Shown: piece by piece, positions 30,231 to 41,066 of the stretch
How positions within the stretch are numbered: position 1 is the stretch's first letter
How the letters are laid out: every line of letters starts with the position of its first letter
NCBI GenBank assembly: GCA_965219455.1
Contig: OZ244744.1
Span: 1,120,001 to 1,184,000, forward strand
DNA: 64,000 nucleotides
From: Candidatus Latescibacterota bacterium
Lineage (GTDB): Bacteria; Latescibacterota; UBA2968; GCA-2709665
Reading direction: 5' to 3'
Program-made: the position numbers and the translations under genes
Notes under the pieces: model-generated
Database searches by the model: none
What the model saw: the letters and a program-made list of their open reading frames with translations, nothing else
What the model was told of the DNA's origin: nothing

Positions 30231-30650
30231 GGGTGTCTCTCGAGATCGGTCATGGCCCGGTTCCGGGCGACGGCTTCCTTTTCCACAATATAGGGACAGA
30301 GCGTGGATGAAAAAAGACAACCCGCACGCAGCAGGTCGTCATTTTGTGTCGGATGCCCGCCGACATAGAGCAGTCGCACCACTTCGGATTGATCCGTGTG
30401 CCTTCCAGCGTCGCGTGTCCCTATTCACCTCTCTCCCGTTGTTGCAAGCCGGTTCTTCTCGTGTCGGGGCCGCTTCAACTTTGGTTCTTTTTTCGAAGGT
30501 CAAGAATATATATTGAGTTATCGATGATACCACATGTCCGCCACTGAAATCAATCACTGGTCCTGGACCTGCTGGCCGATACGCTCAGTACGTTGTCACG
30601 CCGCTTCCGGTTAACTGCTCTGTGCCCGCGAGGAAAAGGAGATCAATGCC

Positions 30651-31106
30651 ATGGAAGAACGGACTTTCGATCTCACCGTACCGGTAACCCGGCCGTTTCG
30701 GGTGATCTGGACAGGGTTGGGCGTCATATGGATCTTTCTTGGCTTCGTAAATTTTCAGGAAAATACAATACTGGGCGTCGTCCAGTTGGTGGCAGGTCTG
30801 ATTATCTTGCCGTTCATTGGTCTCCTGCACCGCTTAAACAGATACATAATTGCGTTTAACGATACGAGGCTGGAGATTGAAAGAGGATTGTTCAGGCACC
30901 GGAGAATATCCTGGACGTCAGTCTCGGAGATCGACATCGAGTTGATGAAAGTCGTGTTCAAGCTGGACAACGGAAAAAGCGTAAAGATTGACTTCACCGC
31001 ATTGAGTTATAATGACAACCAGACCATCAAACCCGAAATGATCGCTACGGCTACCGCATTCGCGGAGGATAACGGGATTGCGGTTAATGACAGCCGGTCG
31101 ACTTGA
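30651..31106 (+). CDS. Small two-TM membrane protein with PH-like C-terminus (paralog B)
   Basis: MEERTFDLTVP...ISWTSVSEIDIELMK...DSRST aligns with 24849..25301; AAGGAG RBS. Confidence 0.7.
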   Translation: MEERTFDLTVPVTRPFRVIWTGLGVIWIFLGFVNFQENTILGVVQLVAGLIILPFIGLLHRLNRYIIAFNDTRLEIERGLFRHRRISWTSVSEIDIELMKVVFKLDNGKSVKIDFTALSYNDNQTIKPEMIATATAFAEDNGIAVNDSRST

Positions 31107-31284
31107 GCGGTCAAGAGGCACGAAAAACAAAACGGAAAAGCGCGGAAAAACCCCACTCCGCCGCCGGGTGGCCATGAGGTATCCCGCGAAGGCGTTTTGA
31201 ACGTGTTTTCGGTCTTGCCGCCAGTCCATATCCAAATCTATAGGTAGTAACGTATCGTAATCATACCGGACGGATTAACGCTTG

Positions 31285-31643
31285 TCTCCCCCTTTCCTTT
31301 AGGAGAGGGGGCCGGGGGGAGAGGTCACGGCACTGACGTCAACTGATCGGGTTTTTGATTCAAGCTGATGGCTGAGAGCTGAAAGCTGTTTTTGCTGATG
31401 TTCACGACAACAGGGGACGCCTGGTTTTGGCGTTAGAGGCTGATGGTGAGCGGCACGTCTTATGCCGCGAACAACAACCCCCTCACCTCTACCGGATGGC
31501 CTGGTTATAGATCGTGAGGGGCCACAAGGCGGGCGGTTCGCGAACCGCCCCTACAAAAATCCGGACATCGGTAAATTGACATCGCCGGTCCGTATCGCCA
31601 ACCGGTTTTAGCTGATGGCTGACTGCTGAGAGCTGATAGCTTT
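31285..31643. repeat. Cluster of REP-like palindromes and GCTGA heptad repeats
   Basis: CTCCCCCTTTCC...GGAGAGGGGG, GGGCGGTTCGCGAACCGCCCCTAC and GCTGATGGCTGACTGCTGAGAGCTGATAGC. Confidence 0.7.
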
Positions 31644-34073
31644 ATGCCTTTAACCAAATTCATCGCTTCGGCTGGCATTACCGTAATCGTCGTTCTTGTT
31701 CTGGATACCCGAATGGGCGGATTTCCAGCCGCGGGGAAATTCCTGAGTCCCTTTCACGGTTTCTGGCAGAATGCCGAAACAGGATCCCCGCCTGAAGACG
31801 GCAAATTGCGGCTCAAGGGACTGCTCGAGCCGGTAACGGTCGTGTACGATCATCGTCGCGTGCCGCATATCTTCGCGAAGAACGACCGGGACCTGTTTTT
31901 CGCGCAGGGATACGTAACGGCCCGGGACCGCCTTTGGCAGATGGAGTTTCAGACTGCCGCGACGGCCGGACGCCTTGCGGAAATCCTGGGATCCGGCGCA
32001 CTAGAACGCGACCGGTATCAGAGGCGCGTCGGCCTGGTCCACGGCGCACGGAATACGCTGAAGGAGATTATGGCCGAACCGGAAACCCGTCTGTCCGTCA
32101 CCGCGTACACCCAGGGCGTCAACGCGTATATCGGCAGCCTGCACCAAAAAGACTTTCCCATCGAGTACAAGCTGCTGGGCTACGCCCCCGAGCCCTGGAC
32201 GCCATTGAAATGCGCGATACTGATCAAGTCCATGGCCTGGATGTTGAGCGCGCGCACAACGGACCTCAGGATGAACAACACGCTCGACCGATTCGGAGAG
32301 GGGGTTGTGAGAGACCTGTTCTCGTACGATTCAGTTGGCGACGATACGGTAATCCCTGCAGGAACACCATGGGACTTCGAGCCCCGCAAGGTTATCCGGC
32401 CGGAAACTCCGTTCGGGCAGGCGTCGATCGGCACGGGACGCGGCACTGGAATGGGAAGCAACAACTGGGCGGTCTCAGGAACCAGAACCGCCAGCGGGTA
32501 TCCCATACTGGCGAATGACCCCCACCTGGGCCTCTCTCTGCCGTCGCTTTGGTACGAGATTCAACTCATCAGTCCCAGGCTAAACGTGTATGGCGTATCC
32601 CTTCCGGGAGGACCTGGCGTGGTCATCGGATTCAACAGGAATATCGCGTGGGGACTTACCAATGCCGGAACGGATGTATCCGACTGGTACAAGGTTACCT
32701 TCAGGGACGACACGCTGCAGGAATACCGCCACGGCGACACGTGGCGTCCCGTGGAAACGGTAGTCGAAGAAATCAGAGTGCGGGGCGGCGAGACTTTTCG
32801 CGACACCGTGCACTACACCCATCACGGACCCGTTGTCTGGGATTCAGATTCAGCCACAGTAGCGTCGCAAGGGATTCCCGAACGCCATGCGTTCCGATGG
32901 GTGGCTCACGACGGCGGGAACGAGTGGCTGACCTGTCACCGCCTCAATTCGGCGCGTGACTACGACGACTTCGTCGAGGCGCTATCCCACCTCTACGCTC
33001 CCGCCCAGAATTTCGCATATGCCGACGTTGAAGGAAATATCGCAATCTGGCACAACGGCCGGTTCCCGGTAAGGTGGGAGGGCCAGGGCGCCTTCATTGC
33101 CGACGGCTCGGACCCGCTCCACGACTGGCAGGACTGGATCCCACACGCCCACAAGCCCCATGTCAAGAATCCGGATCGCGGCTTCGTCAGTTCCGCCAAC
33201 CAGCGTCCCACGGACCCATCCTATCCCTATTGGCTGGCCGACGTCTTTTCCTCACCGACCCGCGCGCGGCGAATCAACGAACGCCTGGCCAGGATGACAG
33301 ACGTCACGCCCGATGACTTCCGCGCCCTTCAACTCGACACGCAGAATCTGCACGCCCGGTCGGTCCTGCCCGTCCTATTGACGTTTATCGAACCAGGTTC
33401 TCTCAGACCCGACGAAGCGGCCATCTACCAGGTACTCAAGAACTGGGATTATTTCTCGGACGCCGACAAAATTGCCCCTTCGATTTTTCACGTGTGGTGG
33501 ATGGACCTTCATTGGACAATATGGAAAGATGAATTGGCCGCGTCGAATATTCAATACCCGTCCCGGGATCGAACGGTCAAGCTGATTATCGGTGAACCCG
33601 ACGCCAGGTGGTATGACAACACGCGGACGGAACCTGTGGAGACGCTAGCCGACCTTGCCCGCAGTACTTTTGAGGCAGCCTGCACGGAGTTGACTGTCAG
33701 ACTGGGACCGATGGGCGACTCCTGGCATTGGGGACGTTACAGGGGCGCGGAAATCAGGCATCTGTTGAGGATCCCCGAATTCTCGCGAATGAACCTGTTC
33801 GTCGGCGGCGGCCGCGACATCGTCAATGCAACCAACCGGGGCCATGGCCCCTGCTGGCGCATGGTCGTCGAGCTGGGCCCTGACGTGCGGGCGTGGGGAA
33901 TCTATCCGGGCGGGCAGTCCGGCAACCCGGGCAGCCGTTACTACGATAATTTCGTCGACACGTGGGTACGGGGTGAACTTGACGAACTGCTCTTCATGCG
34001 AACGTCCGAGGACGGTGGTGGGCGAATCGAGGAACGGCTGATTCTGGTCAACGATCAGTCCGGCGACAACTGA
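31644..34073 (+). CDS. Penicillin acylase family Ntn-hydrolase
   Basis: VPHIFA, AQGYVTARDRLWQM, GSNNWAV (nucleophile Ser), ANDPHL and GGQSGNPGS motifs. Confidence 0.93.
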   Translation: MPLTKFIASAGITVIVVLVLDTRMGGFPAAGKFLSPFHGFWQNAETGSPPEDGKLRLKGLLEPVTVVYDHRRVPHIFAKNDRDLFFAQGYVTARDRLWQMEFQTAATAGRLAEILGSGALERDRYQRRVGLVHGARNTLKEIMAEPETRLSVTAYTQGVNAYIGSLHQKDFPIEYKLLGYAPEPWTPLKCAILIKSMAWMLSARTTDLRMNNTLDRFGEGVVRDLFSYDSVGDDTVIPAGTPWDFEPRKVIRPETPFGQASIGTGRGTGMGSNNWAVSGTRTASGYPILANDPHLGLSLPSLWYEIQLISPRLNVYGVSLPGGPGVVIGFNRNIAWGLTNAGTDVSDWYKVTFRDDTLQEYRHGDTWRPVETVVEEIRVRGGETFRDTVHYTHHGPVVWDSDSATVASQGIPERHAFRWVAHDGGNEWLTCHRLNSARDYDDFVEALSHLYAPAQNFAYADVEGNIAIWHNGRFPVRWEGQGAFIADGSDPLHDWQDWIPHAHKPHVKNPDRGFVSSANQRPTDPSYPYWLADVFSSPTRARRINERLARMTDVTPDDFRALQLDTQNLHARSVLPVLLTFIEPGSLRPDEAAIYQVLKNWDYFSDADKIAPSIFHVWWMDLHWTIWKDELAASNIQYPSRDRTVKLIIGEPDARWYDNTRTEPVETLADLARSTFEAACTELTVRLGPMGDSWHWGRYRGAEIRHLLRIPEFSRMNLFVGGGRDIVNATNRGHGPCWRMVVELGPDVRAWGIYPGGQSGNPGSRYYDNFVDTWVRGELDELLFMRTSEDGGGRIEERLILVNDQSGDN

Positions 34074-34577
34074 GAGAAAGCGTTCGGGGTTTCGCCGGCG
34101 GCATGGCAAACAAAGGAAAAAGGGTAATACGTGAGAAAACGCAAGAGGGTCGTATCTTCACCCCCTGCGTCAGTAAACCAGTCCGGACTGAATTGACAGG
34201 CCGATCGAGAGGACCACCAGAGCAGAGCGCGTGGTTCCGTCCAGCGTAGTGGACCGATGTTCTTCCGTGGTTGGCAGGGCAGCAGGTCCTGTGCATCCCG
34301 TGGGGAAATTCGCGCTGTGCATATGGCAGGCCCCGCGCCCAGCGGCGACTTTTGGTTCCTTTTGGTCGCTTCAAAAGGAACCCGCCGGAGGCATAACAAT
34401 ATTGGGTCCTGAAAGGACCCGTCTTTGGGGGTGGGCGGGAAAAGCAATTATATTGATTCGCTCAGCATCCACCGCACCATTCGGGCAGTTCACGACCCTC
34501 CCCTGCAAAAAAAACCGTGACGGTGGTCATCGAAACCGCCTTTGAGCTGTTTGCTGACCGCTGATAGCTTTCTTTAT

Positions 34578-34922
34578 ATGATCACAACCGCGATATATGT
34601 TGTCGTATTCGGCCTGATTGCCGGCATGACGCTGCCGTGGTGGGGAATCGGCGTGGCCGGTTTCGTGGCGGGATTCTGGAGGGCTCCGTCCGCGTGGAAA
34701 GCGCTGGGCGCCGGTTTTGGTGGCGCGGGAATCCTGTGGCTGGCCGCTGCAGGCTTTATCCACCTGAAATCCGGTGGCATTCTCACCGTGAAAATCGCCG
34801 GGATCGCCGGCCTTTCGCATCCGTCCGCGCTGGTCGTACTCACGGGGTTGATCGGCGGCCTTGCCGGGGGACTCGCCACGGCGGCGGGATTCCATCTGAG
34901 ATCGCTGCTGAAGAAATCCTGA
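34578..34922 (+). CDS. Small hydrophobic membrane protein
   Basis: LPWW motif followed by Gly/Ala-rich TM helices; lies downstream of the acylase. Confidence 0.7.
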   Translation: MITTAIYVVVFGLIAGMTLPWWGIGVAGFVAGFWRAPSAWKALGAGFGGAGILWLAAAGFIHLKSGGILTVKIAGIAGLSHPSALVVLTGLIGGLAGGLATAAGFHLRSLLKKS

Positions 34923-35072
34923 CGAGAACCGCCCCTACAAAAAGCCGTGCCCGCGGTGATCGAGGCGCGCTCCGCGCGGACATATATCAATTGATATTGC
35001 CGCTTTTAAGCTATTTGCTGTAAGCTGCACGCTGATTGCTGATGACTGATAGCTCAGATACGAAGTTTGATA

Positions 35073-35101
35073 TTGACAAATCCCCTGAGAAAATCTATCT
35101 T
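35073..35101 (+). promoter_or_regulatory. Sigma70-type promoter upstream of the ndk operon
   Basis: TTGACA-17 bp-TATCTT, about 60 bp before the ndk ATG. Confidence 0.65.
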
Positions 35102-35164
35102 CTTCACCTTCAGCGTGATACGCAATCTTGAGCTCTCGAACCCGGATGCAAAGCGCGGACGCCG

Positions 35165-35575
35165 ATGGCGGAATGCACATTGATGATTGTCAAACCGGAC
35201 GCGGTCTCCCGGAATGCCATCGGCGCCATTCTCAAACGGGTGGAAGACGAGGGGTTCAAGATCCGGCACCTGAAAATGACGCGACTCTCGCGCAAGGAGG
35301 CCACCCGGTTTTACGCGGTACACTCTGGACGACCGTTTTTTGACGGGTTGATCGATTTCATGACCTCCGGCCCTGTAGTGCCGCTCGCGCTCGAGCGGGA
35401 GAGTGCGGTCTCGTTCCTGCGAGAGGTCGTGGGCGTGACCGACTCGGCAGAAGCTGCCGAAGGGACCATTCGCAGAGATTTCGGGTCAGACGTACAGCGC
35501 AACGCAGTCCACGCGTCCGACTCACCCGAAACCGCCGCCAACGAAATCGCCTTTTTCTTCGGAGAAGGCACGTAG
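35165..35575 (+). CDS. ndk: Nucleoside diphosphate kinase
   Basis: IVKPDAV, FMTSGP, GTIRRDF and NAVHASDS motifs. Confidence 0.97.
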   Translation: MAECTLMIVKPDAVSRNAIGAILKRVEDEGFKIRHLKMTRLSRKEATRFYAVHSGRPFFDGLIDFMTSGPVVPLALERESAVSFLREVVGVTDSAEAAEGTIRRDFGSDVQRNAVHASDSPETAANEIAFFFGEGT

Positions 35576-35590
35576 AACGGACACGCCAGG

Positions 35591-36103
35591 ATGATCGTCA
35601 AACTCAACGAACTCGACGCGGGCACGGTCAGTCTCGACTGGGAAGAGACCCCTGAAGCGTTGCATATTCAGGATGAGGATCTGCAATTCGTCGGTCCCAT
35701 CAGAACGCGCATCGAGTTCGTCAAGGTCGGTGAATCCATTTCGGCAAGCGGCAAGACGCATGCCGACCTTCGGCTTGAGTGCGTGCGATGCCTGGAACCC
35801 GTTTCATTCTCCATATCGTCCGATTTCAAATTCGTCTTCCAGAAAAACCGCCCGGAATCCATGAATGATGATGAAGACGAAACCCTGATCTGGCTGGACA
35901 GATCCGGCGACAAGGTGGACCTGGGCAAGGAAATCAAGGACTATATCCTGCTCGAAATGCCGTTGAATCCCCTGTGCAAGACGTCGTGTGAGGGGCTTTG
36001 TCCAACGTGCGGGGAGAACCTCAACCTGACGCAGTGCAACTGCACGACAACCCGAATCGACCCCCGTTGGGAAGCCCTGAGAGCCCTTAAAGACCAATCC
36101 TGA
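35591..36103 (+). CDS. yceD: YceD/DUF177 family protein
   Basis: [18 protein letters not shown] and DPRWEAL motifs; directly upstream of rpmF. Confidence 0.93.
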   Translation: MIVKLNELDAGTVSLDWEETPEALHIQDEDLQFVGPIRTRIEFVKVGESISASGKTHADLRLECVRCLEPVSFSISSDFKFVFQKNRPESMNDDEDETLIWLDRSGDKVDLGKEIKDYILLEMPLNPLCKTSCEGLCPTCGENLNLTQCNCTTTRIDPRWEALRALKDQS

Positions 36104-36117
36104 AGGAGCATGTCAAA

Positions 36118-36300
36118 ATGGCGCACCCGAAACGCAGAAGTTCCAATTCACGAAGGAACAAGCGGCGGACCCACTGGAAGCTCTCGAAACCCGCTTTCGC
36201 CGACTGTCCCAACTGCGGCCAGCCGCGCAGACCTCACCGGGTCTGCGGCAACTGTGGGCAGTACAACGGCCGTGAAGTGACCGAGGGCGAAAGCGTCTGA
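36118..36300 (+). CDS. rpmF: 50S ribosomal protein L32
   Basis: MAHPKRR...CPNCG...HRVCGNCG. Confidence 0.97.
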   Translation: MAHPKRRSSNSRRNKRRTHWKLSKPAFADCPNCGQPRRPHRVCGNCGQYNGREVTEGESV

Positions 36301-36356
36301 TTTCCGGATCCGGCAGTGCAACCCGTTCGTTACCCGATAAATCGATACCCCTGCCT

Positions 36357-37352
36357 ATGAATAAGAAAGTCAATGCTTCAGTCACCGGCGTCTCCCGCTT
36401 TCTCCCCGAACGCCGGCTGACGAATGCCGACCTGGAACAGATGGTGGATACCACGGACGAATGGATTCGAACACGAACGGGTGTTGTAGAACGCCGCATC
36501 CTCGAAGATGGCCTGGGCGCATCCCACATGGCCTCCCGGGCGATGGAGTCCCTGCTCGAACAAAAGGGCATGGATGCCAGTGAAATCGATCTGATTATTG
36601 TCGCAACCGTGACGCCGGACATGATGTACCCCGCCACGGCCTGCCTCGTACAGCACAACGTAGGGGCCGAAAACGCGTGGGGGTTCGATCTTTCCGCCGC
36701 GTGTTGCGGATTTTTGTACGCCCTGATCGTAGGCGGCCAGTTTGTCGAAAATGGAGCCCACAAGAAAGTGGTGGTCATCGGCTCCGACAAAATGAGTTCC
36801 GTCGTCGACTATACCAACCGGGAAACCTGCATCCTGTTCGGAGACGGCGCGGGGGCTGTCCTCCTGGAACCCGATGATTCCGGGGCGGGCATCCAGGACT
36901 TTATCCTGAAAGTGGACGGATCGGGCGGCCAGTACCTCTGCCAGCCTGCCGGGGGCAGCCTGCGTCCGGCCAGCCACGAGACCGTGAACGAAAAAATGCA
37001 TTACGTTCAACAGGACGGGCCCCGCGTGCTCAAGTTTGCCAGCAGCAGCATGGCCGCCGTATCGGCCGACCTGCTGGAACGCAACGGGCTCAGCGGCGAC
37101 GATATCACCCTGCTGGTGCCGCACCAGGCGAACAAACGCATCATCGATGCCACGGCCCGCCGAATGAAGCTGGCGCCGGAACGCGTGCTGATCAACATCG
37201 ACCGATACGCGAACACGACGTCCGGCACAATCCCCATCGCCCTTTCCGAAGCGGTCGAACAGAGCCGCGTCAAACGGGACGACTACATCGTACTGGCCAG
37301 CGCGGGGGCCGGCTACACCTGGGGAAGCGCCCTTCTGAAATGGGCGTACTAA
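36357..37352 (+). CDS. fabH: 3-oxoacyl-ACP synthase III
   Basis: DEWIRTRTG, DLSAAC, FGDGAGA, PHQAN and YANT motifs. Confidence 0.96.
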   Translation: MNKKVNASVTGVSRFLPERRLTNADLEQMVDTTDEWIRTRTGVVERRILEDGLGASHMASRAMESLLEQKGMDASEIDLIIVATVTPDMMYPATACLVQHNVGAENAWGFDLSAACCGFLYALIVGGQFVENGAHKKVVVIGSDKMSSVVDYTNRETCILFGDGAGAVLLEPDDSGAGIQDFILKVDGSGGQYLCQPAGGSLRPASHETVNEKMHYVQQDGPRVLKFASSSMAAVSADLLERNGLSGDDITLLVPHQANKRIIDATARRMKLAPERVLINIDRYANTTSGTIPIALSEAVEQSRVKRDDYIVLASAGAGYTWGSALLKWAY

Positions 37353-37410
37353 AACCGTCATTCCGGAGCCGGTGGCCGGAATTCACAGGCAAAAACGTAT
37401 CCTGAACGTT

Positions 37411-38331
37411 ATGTCCTTAGCCTTCTTATTCCCCGGCCAGGGTGCGCAATACGTGGGAATGGCCAGCGATCTTTACAAAGCCTCCCCCATTGCCCAGTAC
37501 GTGTTCAATCTGACCGACCGGATCTCCGAGACCGGACTGAAAACATTCTGTTTCGACGGCCCGGAAGAATCCCTGAAACAGACGGCCATCACACAGCCGG
37601 CCATCTTCGCGCACAGCATCTCGGTGTTTGAAATCCTGAAAGACAGGGGCATCCACCCCGATTTCGTGGCCGGCCACAGCGTGGGCGAACTTTCGGCTCT
37701 GGTCGCCGCCGGGGTCATGTCCCTGGAAGACGGCGTCAGGATTGTGGGGATCCGGGGGCGGGCCATGCATGCCGCGGGAAAGATGCATCCGGGCACCATG
37801 GCGGCCATCATCGGCCTGAGCGACAGCGCGGTCGCGGACCTCTGCCAATCGCTCGGTCCCAACGGTATGGTCGTGCCGGCCAACTTCAACTGCCCGGGGC
37901 AGGTCGTTATTTCCGGCGAGCCCACCGCCATTAAACGGGCCATGCGCAAGGCATTGGAGGAAGGCGCCAGGCGGGTTGTGGAACTCCCTGTCAGCGGCGC
38001 TTTTCACTCGGGGCTTATGCGAACCGCGCTGGGCACGCTGGCAGGCGCCCTCGCAAAGGTGCCATTCTCGCCGGCGCGCATCCCGGTGGTGCCGAACACG
38101 ACGGCCGAACCCACAACCGATCCGGACCTGCTCAAAGACCTCCTTGTCAGACAGGTTGTCTCGCCCGTCCGATGGACGGATTCGATGGCGCGGCTTGTTT
38201 CGGAAGGCGTGGACCGCGCGATTGAAGCCGGTCCGGGAAGTACATTGAAAGCCCTGATGCGGCGCATTGAAAAGCGCGTCGCCGTCTCGTCGGTGGGAAC
38301 ACTCGACGACCTGGAAAGTCTTACGATATGA
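37411..38331 (+). CDS. fabD: Malonyl-CoA:ACP transacylase
   Basis: FPGQGAQ, GHSVGE and VSGAFHS motifs. Confidence 0.96.
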   Translation: MSLAFLFPGQGAQYVGMASDLYKASPIAQYVFNLTDRISETGLKTFCFDGPEESLKQTAITQPAIFAHSISVFEILKDRGIHPDFVAGHSVGELSALVAAGVMSLEDGVRIVGIRGRAMHAAGKMHPGTMAAIIGLSDSAVADLCQSLGPNGMVVPANFNCPGQVVISGEPTAIKRAMRKALEEGARRVVELPVSGAFHSGLMRTALGTLAGALAKVPFSPARIPVVPNTTAEPTTDPDLLKDLLVRQVVSPVRWTDSMARLVSEGVDRAIEAGPGSTLKALMRRIEKRVAVSSVGTLDDLESLTI

Positions 38332-39074
38332 TGCGCCTCAAAGACAAAACCGCAGTCGTCACGGGCGGATCCCGCGGCATCGGCGAGGCCATCGCAAACC
38401 GCCTGGCGGAAGAAGGCGCCAGGGTGGCGGTGTGCGCCAGCCGGAGCCTCGACCGCGCACAGGCAGTCGCCGACGGCATCGAAAACCGCGGCGGCAGCGG
38501 GCTTGCCCTGCAGGCGGACGTTTCGAACCCCGCCGACGTCACCGGCCTTTTCAAGACCGTCCTGGACCGCTGGGGCGGGCTGGACGTTCTGGTCAACAAC
38601 GCCGGCATTGCCCGAGACGGGTTGCTGATGCGCCTGAAGCCGGCAGATTGGGACGCCGTTCTGGACGTCAATCTCAAAGGCGCGTTCCTGTGTATGCAGG
38701 CGGCCGTGCGGCCGATGATGAGGGTGCGGTCCGGGCGGATCATCAATATCTCATCCGTAACGGGGCTGATGGGAAACCCCGGACAGGCCGCGTACACGGC
38801 GGCGAAATCGGGGCTCATCGGCCTTACAAAGACCGCAGCGAAAGAACTGGCGAGCAGGGGAATCACCGCCAACGTGGTCGCGCCGGGATATATTCCTACC
38901 GAAATGACTGAAAAACTCCCGGAAGACCTCAAAGAGAAGATTCTTGAACAGGTTCCGCTGGGTGCGCCGGGGAAACCCGAAGATATCGCGGCAGCGGTCG
39001 CGTTTCTGGCCTCGAACGACGCCGCCTATATCACCGGGCAGGTCCTGGTGGTGGACGGCGGGATGGTGATGTAG
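38328..39074 (+). CDS. fabG: 3-oxoacyl-ACP reductase
   Basis: [21 protein letters not shown] and VDGGM motifs; fab cluster context. Confidence 0.96.
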   Translation: MMRLKDKTAVVTGGSRGIGEAIANRLAEEGARVAVCASRSLDRAQAVADGIENRGGSGLALQADVSNPADVTGLFKTVLDRWGGLDVLVNNAGIARDGLLMRLKPADWDAVLDVNLKGAFLCMQAAVRPMMRVRSGRIINISSVTGLMGNPGQAAYTAAKSGLIGLTKTAAKELASRGITANVVAPGYIPTEMTEKLPEDLKEKILEQVPLGAPGKPEDIAAAVAFLASNDAAYITGQVLVVDGGMVM

Positions 39075-39142
39075 TGTTCTGTCGCGGACAATCCCACGCC
39101 GGGACCCGCCATTCGCCATATAAGATAAGGGAGATAGTTGCC

Positions 39143-39385
39143 ATGGCTGAAAAAATTCAACAAAAAGTCATCGATCTCATCGTAGACCAGTTGGGCGTGG
39201 ATGCGGACAGCGTCACTCCGCAAGCCCATTTCATAGACGATCTGGGCGCGGATTCGCTGGACACGGTCGAACTGGTGATGGCCTTCGAAGAGGAATTCGA
39301 TATTGAAGTTCCCGACGAAGACGCCGAAAAGCTGGAGACCGTGAGCGACGTTACGAATTATCTCAAAGAACGCCTGAATGAATAG
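39143..39385 (+). CDS. acpP: Acyl carrier protein
   Basis: [20 protein letters not shown]; GGGAG RBS. Confidence 0.97.
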   Translation: MAEKIQQKVIDLIVDQLGVDADSVTPQAHFIDDLGADSLDTVELVMAFEEEFDIEVPDEDAEKLETVSDVTNYLKERLNE

Positions 39386-39495
39386 CCGGCCGCTCCGATA
39401 GCCCCAACGTCGCAAGGCGGCGGGCGCCGACGCATCGGCATTCATTGCACGCAATACCCCGCAGCTGAGAATTGACAACTCGGGGGAACGTACCC

Positions 39496-40749
39496 TTGAA
39501 CGGAAATCGAAGGGTTGTGGTGACGGGCCTCGGTGTCCTCGCGCCCAACGGAATGAACACCGACGCCTTCTGGGACGCGCTGCTCAACGGAGAAAGCGGC
39601 GTCGATCGCATCAGACGTTTCGATCCGACGGGGTTCCGGGTCACGTTCGGAGCCGAAGTGAAGGATTTCGACGCGGAACGGTTCGGTCTGGACCGCAGAC
39701 TGGCGCGGCGCAACGATCTGTGCACCCAGTATGCCATCTGTTGCGCGCAAATGGCCGTAGCGGACGCGAACCTGGACGTGGACGCCGGGAATCCCGACCG
39801 GATGGGCGTGATTTTCGGCTCGGGCATCGGCGGCATCCGGACCTTTGAAGAGCAGCATACCGTCCTCATGCAGAAGGGCGCCCGGCGGATCAGTCCTTTC
39901 TTCATACCCATGATGATTCCGGACATGACGTCCGGGCAGGTTTCCATCGTGCTCGGCGCCCGCGGACCGAACTATACCACGGTGTCCGCCTGCTCCTCCG
40001 CCGCGCACGCCATCGGAAGCGCCTTTCGGGAAATCCGGTACAACGAGGCCGACGTCATGGTCACAGGCGGCGCCGAAGCGGCCGTAAGCGCAATGGCGTT
40101 GGGAGGATTCGCTTCAATGAAGGCGCTGTCCACGCGTAACGAGGATCCGCAGCGGGCCAGTCGTCCCTTCGACGTGGAGCGCGACGGATTCGTACTCGGC
40201 GAGGGCTCCGGCGCTCTCATTCTGGAAGAACTGGAACACGCGCGTCGCAGGGATGCCCGGATTTACGCCGAGATCGCGGGCGCGGGGTTCACTGCCGACG
40301 CGTATCACGTCACCGACATGGCCCCGGGCGGCGAGGGGGGCGCGCGGGCCATGAGAATCGCACTGGACCGGGCCGGCCTGAACCCCGAGGACGTGGACTA
40401 TATCAATGCCCACGGCACCTCGACCCCGATTGGCGACCGGACCGAAACCGCGGCCATTAAATCCGCCCTGGGAGATCACGCGAAACACGCCGCGGTCAGT
40501 TCCACCAAATCCATGACGGGCCACCTGCTGGGCGCCTCCGGCGCAATTGAAAGCATCGCCTGCCTCCTGGCCATCCATCACGGCCGGGTACCTCCCACCA
40601 TCAATTACGAACATCCGGACCCGGAGTGCGACCTCGACTACGTTCCCAACGCGGCCCGTGAAATCCCGGTCCGGGTGGCTTTAAACAACTCCTTCGGATT
40701 CGGCGGGCACAACGCGGTCCTCGCCATGCGCGAATACGACGGTCGGTAA
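39496..40749 (+). CDS. fabF: 3-oxoacyl-ACP synthase II
   Basis: RRVVVTGLG, SACSS, HGTST, GHLLGA and NSFGFGG motifs; TTG start is approximate. Confidence 0.95.
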   Translation: MNGNRRVVVTGLGVLAPNGMNTDAFWDALLNGESGVDRIRRFDPTGFRVTFGAEVKDFDAERFGLDRRLARRNDLCTQYAICCAQMAVADANLDVDAGNPDRMGVIFGSGIGGIRTFEEQHTVLMQKGARRISPFFIPMMIPDMTSGQVSIVLGARGPNYTTVSACSSAAHAIGSAFREIRYNEADVMVTGGAEAAVSAMALGGFASMKALSTRNEDPQRASRPFDVERDGFVLGEGSGALILEELEHARRRDARIYAEIAGAGFTADAYHVTDMAPGGEGGARAMRIALDRAGLNPEDVDYINAHGTSTPIGDRTETAAIKSALGDHAKHAAVSSTKSMTGHLLGASGAIESIACLLAIHHGRVPPTINYEHPDPECDLDYVPNAAREIPVRVALNNSFGFGGHNAVLAMREYDGR

Positions 40750-41066
40750 AACAACACAACGGCCCGACCTCCGGAAGGTCCTCGCGGCGTCAAAACGAGC
40801 CTGTCCGCGCGTTCGTTGAGCTTGTTCAATCGTGGCCGCTAAAAGCTTGTTGAAGCGCCCGCTCTTCGCTACCCTTCGACCCTTCGACAGGCTCAGGGAC
40901 CGCAAGCTCAGGGAGCGGCTCAGGAGCCAGGCTATATGAATTTCGTCACGTGCGTTGCCTTTGCCGGTCTGCCGAATTTCGGCAATCTGTTTCCGGCACG
41001 GAACCCTGGCCGAGTTCGTTTTGACACCGTTTTTGGCGATCCGGAATAGCCGGCACACCCTGGAGG

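Noticed and set aside
30300-30600. Minus-strand fragment reading EVVRLLYVG, reminiscent of a UvrD helicase C-terminal motif
   Set aside because: Too short and unsupported by any other helicase motif.
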